Origin: Rhynchobatus australiae
Lineage: Eukaryota
DNA length: 64,000 bases
Direction: 5' to 3'
Assembly: GCA_034780895.1 (NCBI GenBank)
Contig: JAUZTB010000033.1
Location: forward strand, 30,281,223 to 30,345,222
The notes below the pieces were generated by a model that saw only the letters and a list, made by a program, of their open reading frames with translations, was not told the DNA's origin and searched no databases. This document shows positions 12,357 to 25,593 of this stretch, one piece after another. Position numbers and translations under genes: made by a program. Within the stretch, counting starts at the first letter, position 1. Each line of letters begins with the position of its first letter.

Positions 12357-13910
12357 CTCCTAGAGTTAATTAGACCATGTCAAAGGCAATATTGAGGGCC
12401 CCTCCTCCACATTACCCAACTCTTTTTCTCTTTCTCACTGTTCCTCCCTCTATTCTTCCATTAGCTCAACCATGTCCATTCAATGCTGAACTGAGAATAG
12501 CCATTTTAACTTTAGTGACCCTGGTGACGGGATGTAACTGGTATTGGCCTGACATTGGAGGAGGGGAGGTTGGGGCGGGAATAAGGAGATGGGCATTGTC
12601 TCTGAGTGACTAATGAATTATTCCTGTTCAGACTGCAGATTATGCTGCTAGGATGGAAGTTTTCTTTGCTGAACAGAATATTCATGGTTTTGAGTCACAA
12701 TTTTGCCCTACAATTTTAAATATTTAAGAACGTTTTCCCAACCACCCCCAGTGTTTTCCTTTAAATTCAATAATCCTAGATTATTGGCCCCTTGGATCTC
12801 TGGAATGACTAAAATACTCTCACTGGAACTCAGCGTAATGAGGTAAAGGGTAAGAAACCATTCTAAGAAGACAACTGGGACAGCTGTCTGCTGTGTGGCC
12901 TGCACTGACAAATAACTGTTGAACACCCTATTTGTGGCACAATCAAGTGTCTAAAACAAAATTATGGGACACATGCACTCTGGCAAGCTCCTCCTCTGTC
13001 TCAAAAAAATCCTTTTTCCATATTCCTGAGTAACTTCACTGCTGTCTGGAGAGACCCATTTTGTAAGTGTAATTATATATACTTCTTTTATCCTCATTAA
13101 ATCACAGACGATTGTCTAAGACTTTTGCAGAGTCTCCCATGTAAGACTTTTCAGAGTGTTAAGATTAAAATGTTGTTAGATGTTTGGCACTTTCTTTATT
13201 CAAACTGTACAATATGCAAATCAAAAAGAAAAAGAAAAAAAATTAAAGGAAAGCCAGTCAGGGCTCAGCTCTTTGTTGTTTGCTTTATGCTGTGCTTTTT
13301 GTGCACATGTGCTGCTAGTTTAATTTTGGTTCCCACCCCCCCACCCCATCCCCAACTTTCTTTTTAAAACTACGAAATTTAAATTATTTTAAATAGTTCA
13401 GATTAAAAACACATTCACAAGTTGCTGGTTGGCACAGCANNNNNNNNNNNNNNNNNNNNNNNNNNNNNNNNNNNNNNNNNNNNNNNNNNNNNNNNNNNNN
13501 NNNNNNNNNNNNNNNNNNNNNNNNNNNNNNNNNNNNNNNCATTCACAAGTTGCTGGTTGCCACAGCATACCTGAGTGAGAATATAACCCCCCGCCCCTTA
13601 AGAAACAGTAACTAAAGCATTTGAAAACAAGCTCAAAAAAGAGAAAGGAAAAAATTTAAGACTGCCAGATAGCTATGAATTTATATTAAGCAACAGCTTT
13701 CAAGTCCTGATATTTTAATTTTTTTTTGTTTTCAGGCTGTAGCCAGTAATGTAAAATGTCCATGATACTTTGTAAAAATAAAAAAAAACAAATCAGAATG
13801 CTTCACACATTAAGAAACAGTTAAGACCATTGCTGATGAATCTGTTGGAGCCACACATGCAGGCTCATCAATAACTTTTTTTGTTCAAAGAGTCTGATTG
13901 CAGTTGCTGC

Positions 13911-14214
13911 TCAGTTGGCACTGATGGCCTCCTGATTCTCATTGTCACTGCTATAGTCTGATTTCTGATCATCCTCATAGTCCTCATACATTTCCATTTC
14001 ATCTTCGCCATTCATCATTTCATTCACGCCCAGGTTGCCACTTTCTCCCTTCATGCTGTAAGTGCTCGGGATGACTGGGATGCTTGGTTCTGGACTGCCG
14101 GACTCACTGGAACACTCAGATGTCAGTTGTGGTGACGCTGCTGTGGCTGCCATTGAGATGGCACCAGGATACACTACACCTGCTGCCGTAGTGATTGGAA
14201 TCTGAGGCTGTTGC
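13911..14214 (-). CDS. SOX6: SOX6 last coding exon (C-terminus ...[22 protein letters not shown]...[31 protein letters not shown])
   Basis: Acceptor gcatag|G at 14215/14214 and stop TGA at 13913-13911. The peptide closely matches the vertebrate SOX6 C-terminus as I recall it (..[29 protein letters not shown]). The phase-2 junction GG|G completes Gly with the 17357 exon end. Confidence 0.96.
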
Positions 14215-14986
14215 CTATGCACAGATGAATACTGGTTTGTTAGCAAGTACAGTCAACAAATATATTTTTTGTTAAAGTCCCAAAATACTGGACAACATAA
14301 CTCATTTACCTAATAACTAAACATTGTTGCCATTAATAATACCATACAGATAATTACTGTCTGGGACAACTATTTCATGATGTCAGTAATGCACATTGCC
14401 ATTTTTATGACTTCTGAGGAGTTTAACATTTCGCCCAAGAATACTGACCTCCACTACACAGGGACAGCCATTTGGCCCTATCTTTGCTCTTCCATCCTNN
14501 NNNNNNNNNNNNNNNNNNNNNNNNNNNNNNNNNNNNNNNNNNNNNNNNNNNNNNNNNNNNNNNNNNNNNNNNNNNNNNNNNNNNNNNNNNNNNNNNNNNN
14601 NNNNNNNNNNNNNNNNNNNNNNNNNNNNNNNNNNNNNNNNNNNNNNNNNNNNNNNNNNNNNNNNNNNNNNNNNNNNNNNNNNNNNNNNNNNNNNNNNNNN
14701 NNNNNNNNNNNNNNNNNNNNNNNNNNNNNNNNNNNNNNNNNNNNNNNNNNNNNNNNNNNNNNNNNNNNNNNNNNNNNNNNNNNNNNNNNNNNNNNNNNNN
14801 NNNNNNNNNNNNNNNNNNNNNNNNNNNNNNNNNNNNNNNNNNNNNNNNNNNNNNNNNNNNNNNNNNNNNNNNNNNNNNNNNNNNNNNNNNNNNNNNNNNN
14901 NNNNNNNNNNNNNNNNNNNNNNNNNNNNNNNNNNNNNNNNNNNNNNNNNNNNNNNNNNNNNNNNNNNNNNNNNNNNNNNNNNNNNN

Positions 14987-15219
14987 CTGTCTGTAAGGAG
15001 TTTGTACATTCTCCCCGTGTCTGCATGGGTTTCCTCCAGGTGCTCCGGTTTCCTCCCACATTCTAAAGACATGCAGGTTAGGAAGTTATGGGCATGCTAT
15101 GTTGGCACCAGAAGCACGGCGACACTTGCGGGCTGCCCCCAGAACATTCTACGCAAAGATGTATTTCACTGTGTGTTTTGATGTGCATGTGACTAATAAA
15201 GTTATCTTATCTTATCTTA
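14987..15219 (+). mobile_element. Young V-domain SINE, 3' part (5' end in gap)
   Basis: gtgtctgcatgggtttcctccaggtgctccggtttcctcccacatt V-domain and tail catgtgactaataaagttatcttatcttatctta. Near-identical to the 15722-16003 copy. Confidence 0.85.
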
Positions 15220-15721
15220 AGTGTACTAAGTTTTCCACATTATTCATAGCTAATTCAGCACACCATGTTGTATATGGGTCAAGTATTTTACTTCTCGTGT
15301 ACAGCATTTTGCACTTAACCATACTGAATCTCAACTGCCCTTTTCCTGGTCAGTTATCCATTCTGTTTTATTCAATCCCTAATATCCCAACACCCACTCA
15401 AATTCCACTGCCACTCCAACTTTTGGGAACATTCAATCCAACCATTTTTCACTGAGTTTCTGAATCATTTGTCAATGCCACACCCTGCTTACGATTCTGG
15501 CATCTGAGAGTCCCTTTCAATTCATATAATTGAATCCCTGCAGCTGTGAATTTAATGCATTTTTATTTAGGCTGAACTTTAGTGTTAATGCGATTTTGAT
15601 TATTTTCTAATGTCTGATGTGTGAACTCTACAACCCTACTGACCACCAAATATAACTTAATTAAACTTGCTAACACAGTAAACTCCGATCATCTGCTTTC
15701 ACATTGATCCAATGGTTCAAC

Positions 15722-16003
15722 AGTAGTGCAGCAGTTAGCGTAACGCTATTACAGCGCCAGCAACCCAGGTTCAATTCCGGCCACCATCTGTAAGGAGTTT
15801 GTACGTTCTCCCCGTGTCTGCATGGGTTTCCTCCGGGTGCTCCGGTTTCCTCCCACATTCCAANNNNNNNNNNNNNNNNNNNNNNNNNNNNNNNNNNNNN
15901 NNNNNNNNNNNNNNNNNNNNNNNNNNNNNNNNNNNNNNNNATACAAAGATGCATTTTGCTGTGTGTTTCAATGTACATGTGACTAATAAAGAAGTCTTAT
16001 CTT
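15722..16003 (+). mobile_element. Young V-domain SINE (internal gap)
   Basis: A-box-like tagtgcagcagttagcg, B-box ggttcaattcc, V-domain, and tail gtgactaataaagaagtcttatctt. Confidence 0.85.
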
Positions 16004-17142
16004 AACATACATAATTCTGCCAAAAAAAGAGAGATTGGGCAATAAAAGGTGTTTGAAGGTTAATTCATCTGCGGCAGTTGTGAGAATAATTTTATTCCCA
16101 TTTCAGCCAATACTTATTCATTGTCACATATAAATAAATTACAGGTTGTCCTCATTAAAGTTGCTATTGCCCAATTTCCATTCATTCAACTAGATACAAG
16201 TTAAGGGATTTCCTACTCTTGGAAGCTCTTCCCCAGTCATAGTTCTTTTAGACCATCGTATACTACGTTCAAAATTCATTCCCTCGTGTTGCAACTTTTT
16301 TGTATGGTTAGCATTACCAACCAGGAATGGATTTCTAGGCAAATATGTGGCTGCCTGGTTTCAGGAGCTTGTGAATTTGCCATTGAAGGGCTATTAATTC
16401 TGATTTTATTATTGGGGGGGGGGGCCAGGGCTTGATGTCCTTTAATTTCTAGATTTTAAGTACAGCAAGGAAGGTTCATATTTCAGACTCACTCTGTCTC
16501 CAGGACGTAATATTAAATGAGTTTCAACACTCTAATCATAGTTCGGAGTAAATCCAAGTTCACAACACAAAGTTCCAATCTTATCCAGAAAAGCCATATG
16601 TTTGAATCATGTAAGAAGCATAAAACAATGTCACATTGATTCATCTGGGCATTTTGAGATTGGATACAGGCATAATGAACAGAAGGTTTACTTGTCTCTA
16701 GTTGATCTGACTTGTTGGTGCCGGATGTTCACAAAGGAAAATACTGCTTTTACCACCACTAACTTCCCTCAAACAATAGGATAATTCTAAGAAAAAGTGG
16801 GATTTTAATTGTTAAAATTCAAGTCATATTTTGTCAGAATACTTTCATACTGTATTGTATGTCTCCGCATAGGTAGATCCATTCATACTTAACTTCATTG
16901 TGAAAAGGCCCACCTCAATTTGGCTAAAATGAACTTGTGCAACTTAAACAATAACAAACATCTGAATCTAGATTGTTAAGTTGTGTACTTGCAGACTCAC
17001 TGAGTATATTTGCATCATATTATGGAAAATTATAGAAGGGAAACATGAAAAAGAGGTTAAAGTGATTTAGCTCCAAATTATTTGGAGAATCTAGATATAA
17101 AAAGGGTTATAATTGATGGATATTAATAGCCACTAAATTTCA

Positions 17143-17832
<690 letters not shown>

Positions 17833-17989
17833 TTACTGTGTGGCATAATGTGCTAAAGTCTGACCCTCTCCCTAGATGGATATAATTTCCAGCAACATCT
17901 ACTGGACAGTCATTAAGAGGAAACACCCTGGTTGATATTTTTTATGCTTTAATCCCTCCTATAGCTATTGCCTTCATGGGCCAATGGGC

Positions 17990-18650
17990 CAGGGAAGATC
18001 TTGAATTGTATAAGTCAGCACCATACAATTGGAAAGCAAGTAATTAAAAAGGTAAACAGCACCTTGGTCTTTACTGGTAAACAATTTAAGCACAAGGGTA
18101 AAGATGCCTTTAGGAGCCTGGTGACACCATACCTGGGATATTGTGCACAAGCCTGGTCTTCCTGCTTGAGGAAGAAAATATTTGCAGTTGAAGGAGAACA
18201 ACATTGATTCACCAGATTTGCTTCATGGGATAGGGAAAGATTGTTCTGTGAGAAGAAACTAAGTGGATTGGAACTATAATGTATGGAGTTCAAAAAAAAA
18301 ATTAGAGGCAGTTTCTTTGAAGCATACAAAAGGGCTTGACAGAGTAAATGGAGGAATGATGTTTCCTCTCACTGGGGTGTCTATAACCATGAATCTCAGT
18401 CTCAGAATAAGAGGTTGGTCATGCAGTGCATATCAGAAGCAGTTTCTTCATCCAGATGTTATTGAATGTTTGGAATTCCCGACAGAAGATGATTGCGCAG
18501 GGTCAGTTGCTGAGCCTATTCAATTGATTTTTGGATATTCAGATTATCAAGAGATGTGGGGTTAGTGCAGGAAATTGTCCCAGAGGTAAAAGGTCAGCCA
18601 TGAACTTATTGAATGGTAGAGCTAGTGAGAGAGGCCATGTCCTATTGCTG
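17990..18650 (+). mobile_element. Decayed CR1-type LINE 3' part
   Basis: Fragments RSLVTPYLGYCAQAWS and KGLDRVNGGMMFPL resemble the CR1 ORF2 C-terminus, with multiple frameshifts. Confidence 0.7.
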
Positions 18651-21600
18651 NNNNNNNNNNNNNNNNNNNNNNNNNNNNNNNNNNNNNNNNNNNNNNNNNN
18701 NNNNNNNNNNNNNNNNNNNNNNNNNNNNNNNNNNNNNNNNNNNNNNNNNNNNNNNNNNNNNNNNNNNNNNNNNNNNNNNNNNNNNNNNNNNNNNNNNNNN
18801 NNNNNNNNNNNNNNNNNNNNNNNNNNNNNNNNNNTACAGTATGCCATTTATGTAATTATTTTTGTGGCTAAATATAAACAACTCATTACCAATTTACTTC
18901 ACTTTTATTCTTAGTAATAGATTGTATTTTTTCTGCAGGCTTTAATTTATTTATTTGTTTGTAAAAAGCTAATTTTGAAAATAAAGATTCAGTGCAATTA
19001 AAATAGCATACTTGCATGCACATATTTTTTTATTTTAAAACAAAACGTTCATAAAAGTGAGACACAACCTTATGGAGTTAAGTGGCTACCGTATGTTTCA
19101 TTTTATCATTAAAGTCTTCCTTTTAAAGGAGACTGCCAAGTGAAAAATGTTGAAAGCATTAATTTAAGGATGTAAAGGCTTAACCCTACTATACACTAAC
19201 AATTCTCCTGGGGACAACTTGTAGAGCACAGTAGCCAGCAAGGGAGAAAAATATACAATAAAGTAATGTGGAATTTTCTTGCAATTCTGACTTGGCAATT
19301 CGTGCTCTTGAACGTGATGTTGTGGTGTAGTTTCCAGTATAGTGTCTACACTTTCTCATGCAGGCCCTCCAATTGTTACCAGGTTTTATTATCGTAGCGA
19401 CTAACTGCATCCACAATTATGAACATTGTACATACACAGGACTTCCGAGTACTACATATCTTGTTTAATCTAATCAATTTAAAATGGAGACTTGCTTTGG
19501 GGAGAGACACAATATAACAAATCTTGAGTTTGCTATATTGCTGCAAAATCCTAATGTAGTTATGGTGATTATAAAGATACTGATTGTAATTAAGAACAGT
19601 TCGTGCTTTGTGACAAGGTCTTGGTCAAAACATTGCTAAAGTGAAGCATGATGTTGCCTTGCAATCTGCACAGCAGTTTAGAACCAATAAAATGTTGCCA
19701 ACAAACAGTGGAATTACATTTGTGAACAACAAACATTAACCATTGATATGTAATATACAATGGTCCCCATATGGTGAAAATGCAGCACGTGGAATCTCTT
19801 CCTTTTGCTTGAAGAGGGATGGAAAGTATTGAATGAAGGGACATTAATTTCAAACAGATTTTTTCACTCTGGAGGAAATGGAACATCAACAAATAATTTA
19901 ATAAGAAACAGATTTTGTGGAACAATAGTTGTGGTAAGACTTTTTTTCTTTTCATTTATGTCAAAGATAGAATCAGCTTTATATGGAAGGATCATGGATT
20001 TTTGCACCATTTATGATAACTATGCTTTGGGGCCTGTTATGATGTCACACAGGGATATGGACAGGGACAGAGGAACCACGTTCCTCTCCATGTGTAAGAG
20101 CACTTACAAGCAGAAAGTTGGTTGTAAGTGTTTTCAGAATCGCATCTCAGTTTGATGACATTTCAATGAAGCATCCTTTCAAACTCAGATCTCAAACAAC
20201 AGAAAACAGTTCAACTAATATTCTAGCCCATCTATGCATCCATTCCTTCCTAAGATCCACAAATATGTGCTTACTTGACTGTATTAAGTTCACACCCATA
20301 ACCTTAATTCTTCCCAACAGTTGATAATAAACCCCTGGGTGAGAGGCAATACGGGGGGAATGTGAGGAAGAACTTATTTAATGCAGTAAATGGAACTCTC
20401 AACCTACAAGGGTGATGGAAGTGGCAACAATCAATTATTTCATGAGAAAATTGTATAGTCACTTGAAAGAAATGAACTTGAGGATAGAACAGAGGAATGA
20501 AGCTGTGGATTGATCTACAGAGAGCCGGCATTGACTCAATGGGCTGAATGACACTCTGGCTCCTTGGCATCTTCCTAGCCTATCTCTGTCATGTCCTCCA
20601 GCTCTGTGTCATTCTCAATTTCCCTCTTCTTGCATCTTTACTACGTGAAAATAAAAACTGACAATAATGTCTCTTCCATCTTTTATCCTAGGAACTTAGA
20701 AGTAAAGCTGCTGGCCCTGTGGATTGTGCTTGGAACACTGCTCTGAAAAGGACAGTGGATCACAACACTCATGCTGGTAAATGAGGGGAAAAGGGCAAGA
20801 TTTTCTTTTGTATCAGTCATCTTAAACATGCTTTCTTTCCCTCCTCCTTCACTCTCCAGTTATATAAATGGGAATGACTGTAAGCAATGTTTTAACTCAC
20901 TTTGTTTTTCTACAGATTGCACTTTACTTATCTACATATACTTGCTTTATGATACATTAAAACAGCTGTTTTGGAGCAGACATTAGACATCACTACAGTT
21001 CCCTTGCATAAGAATTTTTGCACTAGTCTGCTCATGAGCTCCGAGGCTGGTGTCAAACGTGTTCCTGTGAAATCATTATACTTTTCACAATATATTTTCT
21101 ACCTGACAGCATATCAGGAAAGATTCACCTTCCTTGCTTTGAATCTCCTTTTCCTGTTCTGATAAGGCATCTCAGTAATATTAGTTTCCTAAATTTCCAG
21201 CTGAGGTTCAATGATCAGGGCTGCATGTCACCCACAGTTGTCTCACACATCTGGATTGCACTTTTGGTTGCCTTTCTTTTCGTGTTGAGGTGATGCATGA
21301 TTTTCCTCAAGATAGGGAAGACTGTGCCTGGTCAGTCACTCATCCCTCTGCCCTGTTCTGTAACCTCTAACCTCCATGAATATAAACTGAAAAGGTGGAC
21401 TTACTGCAAATCAGGTTTAAAGGTACTTAACTGTCATATTGGTGATACCATAAAGAACCCTTTTATTATGCTAAGATCATCTTTTATTCAACATTTAAAA
21501 TGTTATCCAATATTTAAAAGAAAATGCATGATAGGCAGCATCAAAAATGATTTATTTGTAGAATGTTGGTATGGTGTGGTGATGATTCAGCAAATACCAA

Positions 21601-24600
21601 TACCTAGCACAAAGCATGAAGCATATTTCTGAACCTTATTGCCACCCAGTGCAAATTTAACAGCCCAGCATTTAGAAAAATGTCACCGTTTGAGATACTT
21701 GAAGCAGAAAAAGCTTTCCATTTGGATGACTGGGGATTTAATTGTAGGGAAAAAGCACATAGGCTAGTGCATGCTATCATTTGAACCACAATATATATGC
21801 TTTGGCTCTAGGGTCACAGAGGTGTGAGCATATGCTGCTAAAGTGTGCAATATTTTTATTAATTGTTTGCATCCAAGTGGAACTCTCATCAGAAGTTAGT
21901 ACAGCTGAGGTTTCAGAAAAGGAAGGCTCAGCAAACCATTTTTGACACAACTTTTGAAAGCAATCTCTGAGGCAGCAGTGCCTATGAACTCCAGTACATT
22001 CAACAGAAAACTCCATTACCTATTCTTTTAAAAATTGAAATTGTGATTTGGAACCAAACCCAGATTTACTTCACAGCATAAAAGTCTATGTTTACTTTCA
22101 CTTTCAATTAAAAGGGTCTTATTGCACTGGATGGCACCAAACTATCAGCACGTCATTGGTTTTAGAACTACCTACAGTAGCTAATGAATTGGATTCTTAG
22201 AATTGCACGCAGCTGATATTGCTATTAAGTGTTACATTTGGACTGAGGATTCTATAAACTGTGAATAAAAATTACAAAGTGGCACATCTGTATCTACTAT
22301 TCCATTCATTTAACTGCTCATTCTAAACAAACCCAGAAAACAATGAACCATGTGCATACATCAGAAATTCAGACATCAGGTTGCGCTTTTAAAGTACTTC
22401 ATAAGTTGCATGATATTTTACTCATGAATTCTGAATTAGCATTTTTAAACTTAATTGATCAGGAATTTGGAACAATTCAAGATAATGGAAATGGATGTAA
22501 TTATGACTGATCAGAAGTTTGTTGATATGATTCCAGTCTTGTAATTTTCAAAACAAAAGGGAATTTTGACAATCTCAGAATTTGAGAAAACATTATTTAA
22601 AATGCTAATTTAGTGAAGAATCCTCTGCTGAAAAGCTAAAATAGAGAATAATTTGGATGGAGCAATAATATGAATATATGAGTGAACTTTAATAAAATAA
22701 GACTTATAATACAATAAATGAAGTTGTGCCAATTTCATAGTTTTAATACAACCACTGTAGTTATGATGTTGTGGAATGCCAGCATTATTCACATCAACAG
22801 AGATATTTAATTTTAATTTCAATGCTGCAGACACAGTAATTAATATGAGTATCCATGCTCCAACATTCCACACCACAATTTGAAGGCACAAATCTATTAT
22901 TTAGTAGAAGTATGCAAAGAATTCATTTTTTCAGCCAGCCACATCTTAGCAATTTGCATGTTAAAGCAGTTCCCTATGGGTGTGGAAAGAGTTAACTTGC
23001 CCGTGTGGTATAATTCACTACTTTGTACTAAGATTACTTTATTAATAAATGTTGAAAGTTAAAATATTGAAAGACACCATTTGCTAAAATGATAAATATT
23101 CATTTGAATGAAATGGATTGACATCATTTTCCAATAAATATTGGAGATATTAAACAAATCAGAAATATATCAGAAGTATTGGAGGGACATGAATATTTTA
23201 AAATGTATTCGTTATATTAGTCACCTTTTACAATCAATGAGTCAACAGAGTACATGTTTATAGCTCAAAAATGTGTAAAAGAGATAGATAAATAAATAAT
23301 ACATTTCTTTAAAGAAGAAAACAACTTAGTTACTTTGTTTAACCATTTCATGATTCCCAGTCACTACCAATTGAGGTTGGAGTATGGTGAAGGTAATGCT
23401 CAATCAGCATTTAATTAAATCATATGAATGTTGCACAAATAGCAATCATGACTTCTCTATGAGGGATAGCTCACTTCATTACAGAGTATGTTAAATAGCT
23501 GAATGGGAAAAGAACACAAACTGTATGTTTAATTATTAAAAGAAATATTATAAATTCAAAAATGGTGGTGTCCAGCTGCAACCTGGCAAACAAATCCATC
23601 TGCTTCTCAATGCTACCTGACCCTTGGAACTGTGTTTTTATTCCCCTCACTGATAATAAACTGCTGATCTGGCAGTGGCCGTATGGGAAATTTGTTTTTT
23701 AAATCACAAGCTACGCTACCAGCTTTGTCAGCGGGACACAATACTGCGCTAACGTCCGGCTCACGCTCCCCACGGTGATGCCCTTCCGCTTCAGCTGGTA
23801 TCCATCTCAGCCATTCACAACACTTGATTTCACAACAAAAATATTTCAAATGCAAACCATCTTGTCTGCGACAGGATAATCCAAGTGTCTGGAGACTTGA
23901 TTGCTTTCTATGATCACTATTCATTCCTATTAAAAGTGTTCTAGGTAGTGTGAATGCATGTGTTTCTGAATTTAAATACCATTCATGATAACAGTCCCTT
24001 TTATGTCCACTCATTAAATCAAACAATACTCTCACCTAACCATCTTGTCATTAGACTAGTGATTTTGTCTGCAGCAGGACAAGGAGTGCAGGCTAATTCA
24101 GTGGGGAAAATATGGTTTTGTAAAATGCAGCCTTTTCAATTGTACTAACACAGATAAAGCTCCAAAATTACCAAAAAAAAAATCCTCTAGCACTTATTCG
24201 TCAATACCTCATGAACAAAGGACACAGTTCAATGTACAAGAATCAGCCGACGTTTTAACTCCAATGTTAGGATTCAAACTACTGGGAATTAGTTTGGGTG
24301 GATGGTGGGCAGAGGAGAATGGGGGGGTTAGTCTGTGTAAGGGCACTGGAGAAAGAACAACACCAAGGAACACTATGGTAATCAACACTGGTACTCACCG
24401 TGTAAAACAATATCTAAAACAAATATGTTTCAATTTGTCAGCAACATTCTTCTCTCCCACAACATAACACAAATTACATCATTAAGACTATGAAAACATT
24501 CTCACCTAGCTGTCTCATAGAGGCACTGAGATTTTATTCCATAGCAAATGCAAATGTGAATAGTCAATGAAAACCTATATTACATTTTGCTTGCTTTTAT

Positions 24601-25359
24601 TATCTTGCATTAATAGATTATTGTTAATCTTTACTATAGTTTGAATGAACAAAGTTCTTACTGATATCTATTCAATTTGTCACATTTTCCATTTATTCCT
24701 TATGATCGTTTTACCTTGACTCACTTCACTGAAACAAAATGGTTAATCCTACCATGCAATACTTTGTGTAAATGAATGGCAGTTCCTTTCTGCACATATC
24801 CAAACTATAAAGATTATGGTTTTCATCCCGTTTCATTGCATTTAGTCCTATTGTTCTTTTTCTGCTCAATTACCTGACTCAGAAAAATGATTAAATAGAC
24901 CTTAAGAAGAACTGGTCAATTTTTGCAATTTGCAGTTTTCGAGGNNNNNNNNNNNNNNNNNNNNNNNNNNNNNNNNNNNNNNNNNNNNNNNNNNNNNNNN
25001 NNNNNNNNNNNNNNNNNNNNNNNNNNNNNNNNNNNNNNNNNNNNNNNNNNNNNNNNNNNNNNNNNNNNNNNNNNNNNNNNNNNNNGAATGACAACAGTAT
25101 CTCATTCTTGAGGTGTGCAACAAATATATTAAAATGCTAAATGATTATTCATAAATGTACGTTACTACATTCCTGGAAAACAGTTTCTTGAAGTTAACTA
25201 TTGGGATTCTGTCATGGATTTTACTCCACATATTGATGCTTTGGACTTATGTTGTGTCACAATATTTTTGATTCATATGGATCGGGCAATATGTAGTCAA
25301 AGGAAGGAGGTGAATGGTGTCCAAAGTATTGTGTGAAAGACTTCCTCCAATTTACTCAC

Positions 25360-25593
25360 CCAAAATTTTGCTGATGTTTGAATTATGCATGTCTGGAAAT
25401 GCTTGCAGTATCTTCCTGCGCTCATCCTTTGCCCACACCATAAAAGCATTCATTGGTCGTTTGATATGCGGCTCGTTGTTGCTGCGACCCCTGGTTTCTC
25501 TGTAGACCCGTGCCTCCGTCACTGTAGTGCTTCCTGTTGGCCAACAATAATACTGCTGTAGTTTAGCTGGAGACCCATTCATTGCCTTACTCC
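25360..25593 (-). CDS. SOX6: SOX6 exon, N-terminal half of HMG box ([79 protein letters not shown])
   Basis: 234 bp, acceptor gtttcag|GG and donor G|gtgagt. [37 protein letters not shown] is the SoxD signature, and the [16 protein letters not shown] segment is SOX6-type. Confidence 0.97.

Larger units (their letters stand above)
7000..13910 (-). other. SOX6: Long SOX6 3'UTR (distal end approximate)
   Basis: Repeat-poor, U-rich (on the minus strand) sequence downstream of the stop codon with many miRNA seed matches. Candidate polyA signals on the minus strand: AATAAA at 10397-10402, 10319-10324 and 7403-7408; ATTAAA at 7082-7087 and 7026-7031. The true end cannot be fixed without transcript data. 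Confidence 0.6.

Noticed and set aside
13412-13567. 28-bp direct repeat (cattcacaagttgctggttg[g/c]cacagca) in the SOX6 3'UTR
   Set aside because: The two copies sit exactly on either side of a 100-N gap and differ by one base. This is an unmerged contig overlap, probably two alleles, not a real duplication.
14377-15072. Long ORFs of 174-229 aa (also 39783-40573, 10875-11250 and 18531-18914)
   Set aside because: They are open only because they cross N-runs. The flanking residues come from SINE or intron sequence.
15722-15790. tRNA-like sequence (also near 5411-5470)
   Set aside because: It is the tRNA-derived head of a SINE, followed directly by the V-domain, and forms no complete cloverleaf.
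20692-20776. 85-bp plus-strand exon-like segment antisense to SOX6 (ELRSKAAGPVDCAWNTALKRTVDHNTHA)
   Set aside because: Weak donor (gtaaat), no recognisable protein and no partner exons. Expected by chance in 64 kb.
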